Part shown: positions 1 through 9,810 of the stretch, one piece after another
Position numbering within the stretch: the stretch's first letter is position 1
Layout of the letters: each line of letters opens with the position of its first letter
Source of the DNA: Fibrobacterota bacterium
Lineage (GTDB): Bacteria; Fibrobacterota; Fibrobacteria; UBA11236
Assembly: GCA_043753995.1 (NCBI GenBank)
Contig: JAYUVP010000242.1
Coordinates: 1 to 14,706 of the forward strand
Direction: 5' to 3'
DNA: 14,706 nt
The notes under the pieces: generated by a model
The model's database searches: none
Told to the model about the DNA's origin: nothing
What the model saw: only the letters and a program-made list of their open reading frames with translations
Made by a program: the position numbers and the translations under genes

Positions 1-753
1 TTTATAAAATGGAATTTCTCCGACCTCGGTAGTCTGTTCCTTCAGAATGCGCTTGCACATTCGAACTTCGCCAACCTCCCCCAGAGTCTTCCATTCCACC
101 TCCCCCTCTTTAAAAGTCAACAACTGGTCCCGGTAATGGGCGTATTGCTTTTTTCGGGCTGTGAGCTCGGCTGTGAGCTCGGCTGTGAGCTCGGTGAACG
201 TGTCCAGTATGCGGACAATTTCGCTTTGTATTTCGAGGGACTTTTTCGGATTGTCAGGGCATGGGATGGGGACTTGTATTTTTGACATATCAGTTGCTGA
301 TACATCAATAACCTTCGTACCTTTTGCGTACTTTCTTTTTTGATCCGTAAATTCTGCTGTTACTGTAAAATGTGCGAAATATTTACTAGAGAGTAATTTT
401 CCGGGTTTTATAATCGTGGCGTGTCCGCCTGTGACTGCTTGAACCTTACCGAAATAAACTACGGCTTTCCCAACGTCTTCAATATTTTCGCTTGTATTCG
501 TAATTATAATATCACCAGTATTCACTTTTCTTAGCGTAGCTGCCATTTCAGGCGAAACAAACGATTTCGTCTCTGTCGTACTCAGGCTGTAATATGTATA
601 AATTTGACCATAATGAATGGCAGGAACGCCAGTCGCCGTAAAGTCTTTCTTCTGCAAACCATTGCCTCGAACTAATTCTGCTAATTCCCCCAACGCCTTC
701 CACTCCACTGCCACCCCATCCAGCAGCCTATCCAATAAGTTCAGACCGCTCAC
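1..753 (-). CDS. hsdS: Type I restriction-modification specificity subunit (type IC-like), 3' part outside the window
   Basis: Absent from the ORF track, apparently because the frame runs off the left edge before a stop. GTG at 753-751 overlaps the hsdM TGA (GTGA). Hand translation gives [24 protein letters not shown]... (TRD1) ...[45 protein letters not shown]... (start of TRD2). These segments are in the same frame and show the EcoR124I-type HsdS layout. Confidence 0.96.
   Translation of the reverse strand, partial: MSGLNLLDRLLDGVAVEWKALGELAELVRGNGLQKKDFTATGVPAIHYGQIYTYYSLSTTETKSFVSPEMAATLRKVNTGDIIITNTSENIEDVGKAVVYFGKVQAVTGGHATIIKPGKLLSSKYFAHFTVTAEFTDQKRKYAKGTKVIDVSATDMSKIQVPIPCPDNPKKSLEIQSEIVRILDTFTELTAELTAELTARKKQYAHYRDQLLTFKEGEVEWKTLGEVGEVRMCKRILKEQTTEVGEIPFYK
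157..192 (-). repeat. Three exact tandem 12-bp repeats (GGCTGTGAGCTC on +), encoding ELTA x3 in the HsdS central spacer
   Basis: Copies at 157-168, 169-180 and 181-192, in frame with hsdS. Confidence 0.97.
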
Positions 754-2297
754 GCTTCAATCTCCGCGATAATGGCATCGATATCCTTGCGGAGCTTGTC
801 GATTTTCACCACCGTGCTTTGAATCTCGGTATTCAGTTGGTGAATATCCACCACATCACGGGTGTCCTTGGCTTCGACATAGGAGCTGACCGTGAGGCTG
901 TATTCATTTTTGCCAATGTCCCGATTATCAACCGACCGGGAGACATGGGCGACGTCCTCTTTGCGGTCGAAAAGGTCCATGATGCGCTGGATATGGGCCT
1001 CGGTGAGGATATTGTTATTGGTTTCCTTTTTAAAGAATTCCTCCCCGCTGGCATCGATGAATTGGGTGAGGTTTTGGGTCTTGTGTTTGGAGAGGACTAG
1101 GATGTTGACGGCAATGGTGGTCCCGTAGAAGAGATTGGGCGGCAACGCGATCACAGTCTCTACGAAATTGTTGTCGATCAGGTATTGGCGGATTTTCTGT
1201 TCCGCCCCGCCCCGATAGAAAATTCCCGGAAAGCAGACGATGACGGCGCGGCCCTTGCCGGAAAGGTAGCTGAGGGCATGCAGCACGAAGGCGAAGTCAG
1301 CCTTGGACTTGGGCGCCAGGACGCCGGCCGGGGCGAAGCGCGCATCGTTGATCAGGGTCGGGTCGTCGTTGCCGATCCAGGTCACCGAATAAGGCGGGTT
1401 GGAGACAATGGCATCGAATGGTTTTTCATCGCCGAAATGCGGGTCGAGAAGGGTATTGCCCAGGGCAATATCGAACTTGTCGTAGTTGATATTGTGCAGG
1501 AACATGTTCATGCGGGCCAAGTTGTAGGTCGTGTGATTAATTTCCTGTCCCCAAAAGCCATCTTCAATCAGATGGTTGTCGAAATGCTTTTTCGCCTGCA
1601 ACAACAGGGAGCCCGAGCCGCAGGCGGGGTCATAGATTTTATTCACTGACGTTTGCTTATGCATGGCCAGTTGGGCGATGAGTTTGGAAACATGCTGCGG
1701 GGTGAAGAATTCGCCGCCGGACTTGCCAGCATTGGCCGCATAATTCGAGATCAAGAATTCGTAGGCATCGCCGAAGAGATCGATCTTGTTTTCCTCGAAA
1801 CTGCCGAAATTCAGGCCGGCCACACCCTTCAGTACGGCGGCCAGCCGGGTATTCTTGTCCTTGACAGTATTGCCCAGCCGATTACTGGTGGTATCAAAGT
1901 CGGCGAATAGCCCCTTGATGTCGAGTTCGGAAGGATATCCGTTGGCGCTGCTTTCGATGGCGGTGAAGATCTTGGCCAAATCGGTATTCAGGCTTTCATT
2001 GGTCGTCGCGGTTTTCACCACATTGGCAAAGAGCTGGCTGGGATAAATGAAATATCCCTTAGTCTTGATGGCATCGTCCTTGATGGCCGCCGTGATGACC
2101 GAATCCGGGAGTTCGGCGTATTTCACCGAATCGTCGCCGGCCTCGATGTATCCGGCGAAGTTCTCGCTGATAAAGCGATAAAATAGGCTTCCTAATACGA
2201 ATTGCTTGAAATCCCACCCATCGACTGATCCTCGAACATCATTGGCGATTTTCCAGATTTGGGCTTGCAATTCGGCGCGTTGAGCGAGACTCGTCAT
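750..2297 (-). CDS. hsdM: Type I restriction-modification DNA adenine methyltransferase subunit (type IC-like)
   Basis: 515 aa. N-terminal [28 protein letters not shown]-binding motif [11 protein letters not shown] and catalytic motif IV NPPY. Translationally coupled to hsdS. Confidence 0.98.
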   Translation of the reverse strand: MTSLAQRAELQAQIWKIANDVRGSVDGWDFKQFVLGSLFYRFISENFAGYIEAGDDSVKYAELPDSVITAAIKDDAIKTKGYFIYPSQLFANVVKTATTNESLNTDLAKIFTAIESSANGYPSELDIKGLFADFDTTSNRLGNTVKDKNTRLAAVLKGVAGLNFGSFEENKIDLFGDAYEFLISNYAANAGKSGGEFFTPQHVSKLIAQLAMHKQTSVNKIYDPACGSGSLLLQAKKHFDNHLIEDGFWGQEINHTTYNLARMNMFLHNINYDKFDIALGNTLLDPHFGDEKPFDAIVSNPPYSVTWIGNDDPTLINDARFAPAGVLAPKSKADFAFVLHALSYLSGKGRAVIVCFPGIFYRGGAEQKIRQYLIDNNFVETVIALPPNLFYGTTIAVNILVLSKHKTQNLTQFIDASGEEFFKKETNNNILTEAHIQRIMDLFDRKEDVAHVSRSVDNRDIGKNEYSLTVSSYVEAKDTRDVVDIHQLNTEIQSTVVKIDKLRKDIDAIIAEIEA

Positions 2298-2647
2298 TAT
2301 TGGTTATCCACTGTTTTTGAAAGGCTTCCAAGATAGCCAGAACCCTGCCCAGCCTTTAAGGAATTTGCTTATCCGAGGCGTCTTTTCTGGTTCATAAATG
2401 CTCCCATGGTACATTCATCCCTATTCTTCACTGGGTAGCTTGCCACTGAAGCCGCACGTCCCCTTTTCTCCCGGCTGCCCCCTATGCAAAATCCAATCCA
2501 TGGTGAACGTCTAGTTCCCTAGCGCCGCCGGTACAAAGGACCGGATCTGTCGGTTCCAAGTGTGGGATTATGCAGGGTAGTGAAAGAATCGCCGCCACAT
2601 TTATTCTTCTTACTTTTATCCATATCCAATTTTACGGACGTGTCACC

Positions 2648-3238
2648 ATGAGAATTTATTCCGGCTTAGTTTCAATTATCGTAATCGCAGTGCTCTTTAC
2701 TTCTGAATCCCACGCTAATTTGGTAACCAATGGAAGTTTTGAATCAGGCCTGGATGGTTGGAGTGCCTCAAGATTCTTTGATGTGATGGGTTTTTACGGG
2801 ACAACGGATGGGAATTCTGCGCTTGAATTCGCTTTTGGTGACGCTACCGGCTCGCATATTACTCAAGAATTATCGACCGAAATCGGAGCCACCTATTTGA
2901 TTTCTTTGGATTGGAAGGCAACCCATCCAGGCTTTCAAAGCATGGCAATCAAGGTTGACGGTATTACGCTCCTTGATATTTCAGGCGGATATGTTGGAGT
3001 GTATAACACGGACCTTCCCTTTACGCATTTTGATGTGGCTTTTATTGCTATCAGTCAAGTAACGAATTTTGGATTCTTTGATACAAGTCCCAGCAGCTTT
3101 CAAAAAGATCAGATCATCGATAATGTCCTAATTACTGCCGTAGTTCCTGAACCATCCACTTTTGCCTTTCTCAGCCTTGGCATGATCGGCCTCTTCATTA
3201 GGAAAAGAAGGCGATCGATGGAAAAATTGACGACCTGA
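2648..3238 (+). CDS. PEP-CTERM sorting-domain surface protein with a small beta-sandwich (DUF642/galactose-binding-like) domain
   Basis: ATG at 2648 gives a signal peptide (MRIYSGLVSIIVIAVLFTSESHA) followed by NLVTNGSFE. C-terminus is VPEPST + hydrophobic helix + RKRRR. The ORF-track start at 2570 would bury the signal peptide. Confidence 0.9.
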   Translation: MRIYSGLVSIIVIAVLFTSESHANLVTNGSFESGLDGWSASRFFDVMGFYGTTDGNSALEFAFGDATGSHITQELSTEIGATYLISLDWKATHPGFQSMAIKVDGITLLDISGGYVGVYNTDLPFTHFDVAFIAISQVTNFGFFDTSPSSFQKDQIIDNVLITAVVPEPSTFAFLSLGMIGLFIRKRRRSMEKLTT

Positions 3239-3274
3239 CCTGCCGAAAGACACCAGGGAATCACGCGACTTTCC

Positions 3275-4213
3275 TCACCCTCCAATCTGATTCATCGGCT
3301 GATGAATATGATCCAAGCGATGACTCGGCTTCATCGGCATCAACTTCTGCAACAACTCCGGAAAATCCAGCGGGTCCCTTCCGCGCAGCATCACGCCTTC
3401 CTCCGAAAACAAACAAGCCCGCAAAACCCCCGTAGCCGTGAGTCTTAACCGTGAGCAAGTCCCGCAAAAAGGCTGCGATTCCGAAGCAATGAATCCCAGC
3501 TTTCCTCCCCCCGGCGTACGAAACACAAAAGCGGTAGCGTCTTCAGGCACCGGCACTTCGATCAATTCGTATTCGAGGCGCAGACGTTCGATAAGGGTTG
3601 CGGCGGGGATGAAACGTTCGGCGTGATTCCAGTGGCCTGGGCCGACCTTCATCAATTCCAGGAAGCGGACCTCAACGCCGTGCTGCTCAGAAAATACAGC
3701 AAAATCAAAAAGTTCGTCGTCATTGATATCACGAAAGACAATGCAATTGATTTTGACCGTGAAGCCGCGGGCGCGGGCAGCGAAAATGCCGCGTAGGACG
3801 GGGTCGATTTTGCCGCGGCGGGTGAGGGAGGCGAAGCGATCTTCGCGTAGGCTGTCGAGGCTGACATTGATCGAGGTGAGGCCGATGGAGGCGAGCAAGT
3901 CGAGCTTCTCTTCGAGATGCCAGCCATTGGTGGTGAGTCCGAATTTTTTCCAGGGTAGGCGAGAGAGGCGGGTGGCGATGTCGTTGAAATCGGGGCTGAG
4001 CAGGGGCTCGCCGCCGGTGAGGCGAATTTCATCGACGCCGAAAGCATGCAGGGCGCGGGCGAGGTTTTCGAATTCGGTGGGGGTCAGTAGGCTTTTCTGG
4101 GACTGAAAGCGCATGTCTTCGGGCATGCAATAGACGCAGCGAAAATTGCAGGCATCGGTGAGCTGTATGCGTAGCTTGTGAAGTTTGCGTCCATGGGAAT
4201 CGACTAAGGCCAT
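3275..4213 (-). CDS. moaA: GTP 3',8-cyclase (molybdenum cofactor biosynthesis radical SAM enzyme)
   Basis: LRIQLTDACNFRCVYCMP (CxxxCxxC), IRLTGGEP, NVSLDSL, auxiliary cluster motif FCGTCSRLRLTATGVLRACL and the diagnostic C-terminal MNQIGG. Confidence 0.97.
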   Translation of the reverse strand: MALVDSHGRKLHKLRIQLTDACNFRCVYCMPEDMRFQSQKSLLTPTEFENLARALHAFGVDEIRLTGGEPLLSPDFNDIATRLSRLPWKKFGLTTNGWHLEEKLDLLASIGLTSINVSLDSLREDRFASLTRRGKIDPVLRGIFAARARGFTVKINCIVFRDINDDELFDFAVFSEQHGVEVRFLELMKVGPGHWNHAERFIPAATLIERLRLEYELIEVPVPEDATAFVFRTPGGGKLGFIASESQPFCGTCSRLRLTATGVLRACLFSEEGVMLRGRDPLDFPELLQKLMPMKPSHRLDHIHQPMNQIGG

Positions 4214-4256
4214 TTTGCAAATGTCGTCAACGCCGTGCAGGCTGGCTAGCTAGATT

Positions 4257-6836
4257 ATGCCCCCCATGGCTTTAAATTCCTATTCCGCTGCGATTGACCT
4301 CCTTTCCCATCGCCTCTCTGGCCATGGCTATTGGTTACGTGGGGGAGAGTGGAATACCCTGCCTTTGAGTGAATATGACCAAAGGCCGCTGAAAGTGCTC
4401 ATTGCCCGCATGTCCACCTACCTGGACACGTCGGAATCTTTCACCCACACCTTGCTTTATCAAGCCTTGGCCTCGGTTCCCGGACTTTACCCCGATTTGG
4501 CTTATTTGCCGCCGCCTCGCGATGGCGATTTGCTGGCCGAAGCCGGCATTCCCTGGTTGGTGGGCACGCAAAGCAAGTCGGGTCCGCAGGATTTTGACGT
4601 GATTGCGCTCAGCAATGCCATTGTGCAAGAGCTGGTGAATTTGCCGACCTTGCTGCAGCGCAGCGGCTTGTGGCTGCCTCGCGAAGAGAGGTTAGCGCGG
4701 CGTGATTTTCCCTTGCTGATTTTAGGCGGGGCCAATGTCTTTCATGCCTCGGTGCTCGATCATGCGGAATCGCCCATAGACGGGCTTTTCGTGGGCGAAA
4801 ATATCGAAGACATACAGGAACTTTTCGGCATTTGTGCCGAGGGGCGCAAGCAGGGTTGGGACAAGCCCTTTTTGCTGCAAGAGCTGGAGAAAATCCCTGG
4901 CTTCGCCCAGCCCGGCACGGGCAAGCCCACGCGCAAGCGCAATACCGAAACCCTCGACATTCGCAAGTTACCTGCCCTGCGTCCCGTGCTTTACAAGTAT
5001 TCGGGCTTGGGACAAGAGCCGGTGGCCTTGAGCCGGGGTTGTCCGGCCTTTTGCAGCTTTTGCGCCGAGAGTTTTGATCTCAAGCCTTATCGCGAGAATC
5101 CGCAAGACACCGTGGTCAACAATGCTTTGCGGCTCAAGCGCGAAATGGGCCTCGAAGGCATTGATCTCTTCAGCTTCAATTTCAATTTCTACGAAGACCT
5201 TTATCCTTTGCTCGAGCGGCTGGGAGGGCATTTCAATAGCATAGGCCTCAAGAGCCAGCGCTTTGACATGATTGCTCATGATCCCGGCATGCTGGGCTAT
5301 TTGCGCGCCCTGGGCAAGGCCAGCTTCACCTTCGGCATGGAAGGCGTGTCGGCGCGCCTGCGTCGTTATTTGCAAAAGGGCCTGGAAGAAGACGATTTGT
5401 GGAAGGCTTTGGGCGCGGTATTTCGCCATCAAGTGCGCGAGCTCAAGGTCTTCATGATTGCCACGGGCTTGGAGAATGAAGAAGACTTCGAAGAGTTCGC
5501 CGAATTCTTGCGGCGGCTTCCAGACGTCATGCGGGTTTGCGAGATTCCGCCCAAACTGACTTTCAGCGCCACGCCCTTGGTGCGCTTTCCCTGGACGCCG
5601 CTCGAATTCGCGCCGTCGCCCACACCCGAAACCTATGCCGCCATTACGCGGCGTCTCGGATACATTGTTGAGAAGGCGGGCTTTTTCTGGCGCGAGGCCG
5701 CCGAAGAGGCTGAGAATTATGTGTCCCAGGTTTTGGTGCGCGCCGATGTTCCCGAATATTGGGAGGCCTTGCAGGCGGCCGTGAAGGAAACCGGCTTTCT
5801 GTATTATCGCACCATGGACAAGCGCTTCATGGCGTCCTTGCGCACCCAATTGGAATTGCGCGGATTGCCCGATGCGAAGACTCTGGCCGGTGGTGATTTG
5901 GCATCGCATGCCAATAAACCTTGGGCGCGGCATGATACGGGTGTGCGGCGCAATTTTCTCTGGGTGCAATACAAACGTGCTAGCCGTCACGAAGACAAAG
6001 GCTATTGCCTGGGCACCACGCAAAAAGAAGGCACCTGCCTGGCCTGCGACTCTTGCGAAACCGAAGAAGACACCCAGGGCTTAATCCATCTACGCAAAAA
6101 GCATCCCTCGGATTCGCAAAGCTTTCAGAATTCGCTCAAGGCCTTTCGCAAGAATGCCGTCTCTATGACCTTCGCTGTCGATTGGAGCGAAAAGGTTTTG
6201 GGCTTGCCCCGCAAATATGTCGGCTTGGTTTTGGCCAGCACCATGATGCGCGTGGCTCCTGAATTGACGCCGGGTTTTTGGCGCTATCGCACGAGCTGGG
6301 CGCCCGAAGGCGAATATGGCTGTTATGTCTGCGGCGAAGACGTGGTCACTCTGGACTGGCAAAGCGAAACCGCCGAAAAGCTGACCCTGCTCATGGCCGA
6401 TCCGGTTTTTGTGGGCGAGGTGAATTTGCAATTGGGCGAATGGGGGCGCTTGCTGGCCCTATTGCCCTTGTCGTCTGAACAGGTCGAAGCCTTGGTGCCC
6501 AAAGCCTGGGAAATCGATTCGCCTTATGAACCGCAATTCCAAAAGTTCGCCCAACCTCGATCCATGCCTTTCACCCAAATGCGACGCGGTGAAGGCTGGG
6601 AGGCGGTTTTTTCCAAGGATGCCCTCAAGAAAAAATGGCTGAAAAGCCTGACTTGGCATAAGCATGCCGAGAATGGCTGGACCGTGCGCATTACCCCCTT
6701 GGCCAAATTCCAGGCTGAGCCGTTTTTGCGCGAGGGCTTTCGCCTACCAGACAATGAGGCCTGGGTGAGGCTGCGTCCTCGGGCCGTGGGCCTGCATCCC
6801 GAATTCCGGCAGGTGGGTCACGAAATCCCTGCTTAA
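4257..6836 (+). CDS. Large radical SAM protein, TIGR03960-like (B12-binding-like N-terminal domain + radical SAM core + 4-Cys motif + unassigned C-terminal domain)
   Basis: SRGCPAFCSFC at about 5031-5063. N-terminal ...FDVIALSNAIVQELVNLPTLL...PLLILGG resembles TIGR03960. GMEGVSARLR and LKVFMIATG in the core. CLGTTQKEGTCLACDSC at 6006-6056. The start could be ATG 4257 or 4266. Confidence 0.8.
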   Translation: MPPMALNSYSAAIDLLSHRLSGHGYWLRGGEWNTLPLSEYDQRPLKVLIARMSTYLDTSESFTHTLLYQALASVPGLYPDLAYLPPPRDGDLLAEAGIPWLVGTQSKSGPQDFDVIALSNAIVQELVNLPTLLQRSGLWLPREERLARRDFPLLILGGANVFHASVLDHAESPIDGLFVGENIEDIQELFGICAEGRKQGWDKPFLLQELEKIPGFAQPGTGKPTRKRNTETLDIRKLPALRPVLYKYSGLGQEPVALSRGCPAFCSFCAESFDLKPYRENPQDTVVNNALRLKREMGLEGIDLFSFNFNFYEDLYPLLERLGGHFNSIGLKSQRFDMIAHDPGMLGYLRALGKASFTFGMEGVSARLRRYLQKGLEEDDLWKALGAVFRHQVRELKVFMIATGLENEEDFEEFAEFLRRLPDVMRVCEIPPKLTFSATPLVRFPWTPLEFAPSPTPETYAAITRRLGYIVEKAGFFWREAAEEAENYVSQVLVRADVPEYWEALQAAVKETGFLYYRTMDKRFMASLRTQLELRGLPDAKTLAGGDLASHANKPWARHDTGVRRNFLWVQYKRASRHEDKGYCLGTTQKEGTCLACDSCETEEDTQGLIHLRKKHPSDSQSFQNSLKAFRKNAVSMTFAVDWSEKVLGLPRKYVGLVLASTMMRVAPELTPGFWRYRTSWAPEGEYGCYVCGEDVVTLDWQSETAEKLTLLMADPVFVGEVNLQLGEWGRLLALLPLSSEQVEALVPKAWEIDSPYEPQFQKFAQPRSMPFTQMRRGEGWEAVFSKDALKKKWLKSLTWHKHAENGWTVRITPLAKFQAEPFLREGFRLPDNEAWVRLRPRAVGLHPEFRQVGHEIPA

Positions 6837-6867
6837 GGCCTTTATAAAGGGCTAAGCTTGGGTCACT

Positions 6868-8187
6868 ATGCCCAAGTCCACCGTCTTCACACCCAATACG
6901 GAAGAGGCGCTATCGCATCAGCGGGCGCAAGACTTGGTGGAAGTCATTGACCTGCAAATGGGGTCGCGGCTGGGTTTTGAATTCTTGCGCGGCATGGTGG
7001 AATTTCTTTTGGAGCCGCTGCAAGCCGACTTGGTCTTGCTCGGGGAATTCGATGACTCGCGCCCGGGCTGGGTGCACTTGTTGGAATCGAGTCCGCAAGC
7101 CCTCCTTTCGCCGCCCCGCCGTTTCTATTTGGAAAAAAAAATGCTTGGGGATTTGCAAGCCGGGGCCATGGTCTTTCGCCAGGATTTGCAAAAGGCTTTT
7201 CCGAATCATCCCATGGTGGCGGACCTAAGTTTGCAATCGGTATTGCTGGCCCCTTTGCCGGATGCGAAAGGCAAGGTCTTTGGTTTTTTAGGCGCCTTTT
7301 ATCAGAGCAAGGTGAATGAACCCAAGGCGGCCCAGGAAGTGCTGCGACGCTTTGCCGTTCGCGCTGCGGCCGAAATGGAAAGACTCTATGCCGAGCAATG
7401 CAGTCGCTTGCGGCAAGTGCAGCTTTCCAAGGCCGATAAACTCGCCTCGCTCAGTGTTTTGGTCTCGGGATTGGCGCATGAAATCAATAATCCCAATAAC
7501 TTGATCATGTTCAATAGCGATTTGCTCGAGCGCCTCTTCTCGGAAATACAACCTCTCTTGGATGCGCATGCGGAAGCCAATCCCGACTATCGCCTCGCGG
7601 GTTTGCCCTATGCCGAAATGCGCCTGGAAATCGCAGCGCTTTTTCATGGCATACAAGGCGGTGCCGAGCGCATTCGGACCTTGGTGGTCGGGCTAAAAGA
7701 TTATGCGCGCTTAGAACCTTTGCTTCGCAATGAAGAAGTGGATTTGAATCAAGTCGGGCAAAATGCTTTGCTGACGGCTGGCGGACGTTTGCGCCTGGCC
7801 ACCGATCATTTTCAATGGCAGCCCGCCACGCGACCCTTGCAGGTGCTGGGCAATCGCCTGCAATTAGAGCAGGTGGTGGTGAATTTGTTGAGTAATGCAT
7901 GCGACTCGCTGACGAATAAATCCTGTCCGATTGTTTTGCGCGTGGGCTATGACGAGGCGACCCAACGTCATTGGATACAAGTCGAAGACAAGGGTGAGGG
8001 CATGACGGCTGAGCAAGTAGAAAGGCTTTTCGATCCCTTTTACACCACCCGGCGTAGCCGGGGTGGGGTAGGGTTGGGGCTTTCCATTTCCCATAGCATA
8101 GTCCTGGCGCATCATGGCCAAATCGAATTTGATAGCCGTCCCGGGCAGGGGACGACGGCGACAGTTTTTTTGCCCGCAGTGAATTGA
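6868..8187 (+). CDS. Cytoplasmic GAF-domain sensor histidine kinase (NtrB/AtoS-like)
   Basis: H-box LAHEINNP, N-box NLLSNA, G1 DKGEGM, F-box FDPFYTT and G2 GVGLGL. GAF-like N-terminal region (QSVLLAPLPDAKGKVFGFL...FAVRAAAEMER). No obvious transmembrane helix. Confidence 0.93.
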   Translation: MPKSTVFTPNTEEALSHQRAQDLVEVIDLQMGSRLGFEFLRGMVEFLLEPLQADLVLLGEFDDSRPGWVHLLESSPQALLSPPRRFYLEKKMLGDLQAGAMVFRQDLQKAFPNHPMVADLSLQSVLLAPLPDAKGKVFGFLGAFYQSKVNEPKAAQEVLRRFAVRAAAEMERLYAEQCSRLRQVQLSKADKLASLSVLVSGLAHEINNPNNLIMFNSDLLERLFSEIQPLLDAHAEANPDYRLAGLPYAEMRLEIAALFHGIQGGAERIRTLVVGLKDYARLEPLLRNEEVDLNQVGQNALLTAGGRLRLATDHFQWQPATRPLQVLGNRLQLEQVVVNLLSNACDSLTNKSCPIVLRVGYDEATQRHWIQVEDKGEGMTAEQVERLFDPFYTTRRSRGGVGLGLSISHSIVLAHHGQIEFDSRPGQGTTATVFLPAVN

Positions 8188-8197
8188 GGAACGGGCT

Positions 8198-9670
8198 ATG
8201 ACGGCGATTGCCAAACCTCCACGAATTTCGGTCGCCAAAATTTTATTGGTCGACGACGAAATTCAGTTTTTGCGATCGGCTTCCTTGGCCTTGCGCATGG
8301 CCGGCTATGAAGGCGTCGAGGTTTTATCCGACAGCGAAGCCGTGCTACCCCTCTTAGAAAAACAGGCCTTTGATTTGGTTGTGCTCGATTTGAATATGCC
8401 GGGTCGCGATGGCCGCGATTTATTGACGGCCATCACCGAAAGGCATCCCCAGGTGACGGTGTGCATGCTCACCGCCGTGAATGAAGTCGAAGCCGCGGTG
8501 AATTGCATGCGCGCCGGAGCCTTCGACTATTGGGTCAAGCCCGTCACCGAGCAGCAAATGTTGGCGAGCCTCAGCCGCGCTCTGGACCATCGCCTATTGC
8601 TCGGCGAAGCGGCGGCCCTCAAGCAAGGCATACTTCGCCAAGAACTTTCGCATCCCGAATCCTTTGCCGCCTTTATCACCCAGAGCCCGACCATGCAAAG
8701 GCTTTTCCTTTATGTCGAGGCCGTGGCGCGAACTTCGTTTCCGATTCTAGTGGCGGGGGAGACGGGCACGGGCAAGGAGTTAATGGCCAAGGCCATCCAT
8801 CTTGCCTCCGACCGTCGCGGGGCTTTTGTGGTGGCCAATGCAGCAGGCATAGACGATGGCGTTTTCGCCGACACGCTTTTCGGTCATGCCCGTGGGGCCT
8901 TTACGGGGGCCGATCGCGATCGTAAAGGCCTCATCGAAGAAGCGGCCGGCGGCACCTTATTCCTCGATGAAATCGGCGACTTAAGCGCAGCCTCCCAAGT
9001 GAAGCTATTGCGCCTCCTGCAAGATGGAAGCTTTCATCCCATTGGATCGGATAAGGCTAAGCGATCGACGGCACGTATCATCGTTGCCACCCATCGCGAT
9101 CTCGCCAGCGCGGTGCGTGAAGGACGCTTTCGCCAAGATCTTTTCTTTCGTCTGCAAACCCATGAAGTGCATATTCCGCCCCTGCGTGACCGCCTAGAAG
9201 ACCTGCCCCTTTTGGCCAAGGCCTTTGTCGCGGAGGCCGCGAAGGAATGCGACAAGCCCATGCCTTATTTGCCGCCCGAATTACATCCCTTATTGGCGAC
9301 CTATAGCTATCCCGGTAATGTGCGTGAATTGCAGGGGCTTCTCTTCGATGCAGTAAGCCGCAATACCACGCGCATCTTAGGCCTCGGACCCTTGCGGGAT
9401 AAATTGGCTGAGCGCCGGCAGGCCGTGGGCTATGCCGCCGACCTCGGGGGTGGACCCGCAGCACCGGTGGGTGATAAAAACGAAGAGACGGGAGAGGCTT
9501 GGCGCTTCCCCGAAGTTTTGCCCACGGCGCAAGAATGGGAAAGACTCTTGGTGAATGAAGCGGTGCGCAGAGCCCAGGGCAACCGCTCTTTGGCTGCCAG
9601 CTTAATCGGTTTGGCGCGACAAACCGTGATCAAGCGTCTCAAGGAAAACGAAACCCTCCTGTCGGAATAA
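8198..9670 (+). CDS. Sigma-54-dependent Fis-family response regulator (NtrC/AtoC-like)
   Basis: Receiver ILLVDDE...LDLNMP, Walker A GETGTGKE, GAFTGA, Walker B LFLDEIG, YPGNVREL and a C-terminal Fis-type HTH. GAGGA RBS at 8186-8190 overlaps the kinase stop. Confidence 0.96.
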   Translation: MTAIAKPPRISVAKILLVDDEIQFLRSASLALRMAGYEGVEVLSDSEAVLPLLEKQAFDLVVLDLNMPGRDGRDLLTAITERHPQVTVCMLTAVNEVEAAVNCMRAGAFDYWVKPVTEQQMLASLSRALDHRLLLGEAAALKQGILRQELSHPESFAAFITQSPTMQRLFLYVEAVARTSFPILVAGETGTGKELMAKAIHLASDRRGAFVVANAAGIDDGVFADTLFGHARGAFTGADRDRKGLIEEAAGGTLFLDEIGDLSAASQVKLLRLLQDGSFHPIGSDKAKRSTARIIVATHRDLASAVREGRFRQDLFFRLQTHEVHIPPLRDRLEDLPLLAKAFVAEAAKECDKPMPYLPPELHPLLATYSYPGNVRELQGLLFDAVSRNTTRILGLGPLRDKLAERRQAVGYAADLGGGPAAPVGDKNEETGEAWRFPEVLPTAQEWERLLVNEAVRRAQGNRSLAASLIGLARQTVIKRLKENETLLSE

Positions 9671-9760
9671 TTTTTGAAAATGGAGTGGGGCGATCCTCGA
9701 ATGTAGGATAGGCCTCTGCGGTGAATGGAGTGACGATTTCGCGGAAGAAAGGTAGGGTGA

Positions 9761-9810
9761 TGCCGGGGACGACGGTTTTTGATGGGAATGGGGTTTTGAT
9801 TTGCCTATGC
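9761..9810 (+). mobile_element. Isolated IS91/ISCR-type oriIS-like end, copy 1 (remnant may extend left to about 9671)
   Basis: 43/50 identical by hand alignment to 13376-13425, which lies directly downstream of the HUH transposase. Ends GGGGTTTTGATTTGCCTATGC, resembling the ...TT(C/G)CTAT ends of ISCR/IS91 oriIS. Truncates the adjacent gene. Confidence 0.7.

Noticed and set aside
117..343. Short ORFs with SQPS/SAVS repeats; possible CRISPR-like repeat
   Set aside because: Alternative frames of the hsdS 12-bp tandem repeat. There are no spacers, so it is not a CRISPR array.
2305..2313. TTATCCACT as a DnaA box
   Set aside because: A single 8/9 match overlapping the hsdM ribosome-binding region, with no cluster or origin context.
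2298..2647. Riboswitch, ncRNA or third oriIS (CCTATGC near 2481-2487) in the hsdM/PEP-CTERM intergenic region
   Set aside because: Only short hairpins and a 7-bp match with no upstream similarity to the element end. No RNA family motif recognised.
4968..6023. 351-codon minus-strand ORF and the other short ORFs overlapping hsdM, moaA, the radical SAM gene and the two-component genes
   Set aside because: Shadow frames of well-supported GC-rich genes, with no independent evidence.
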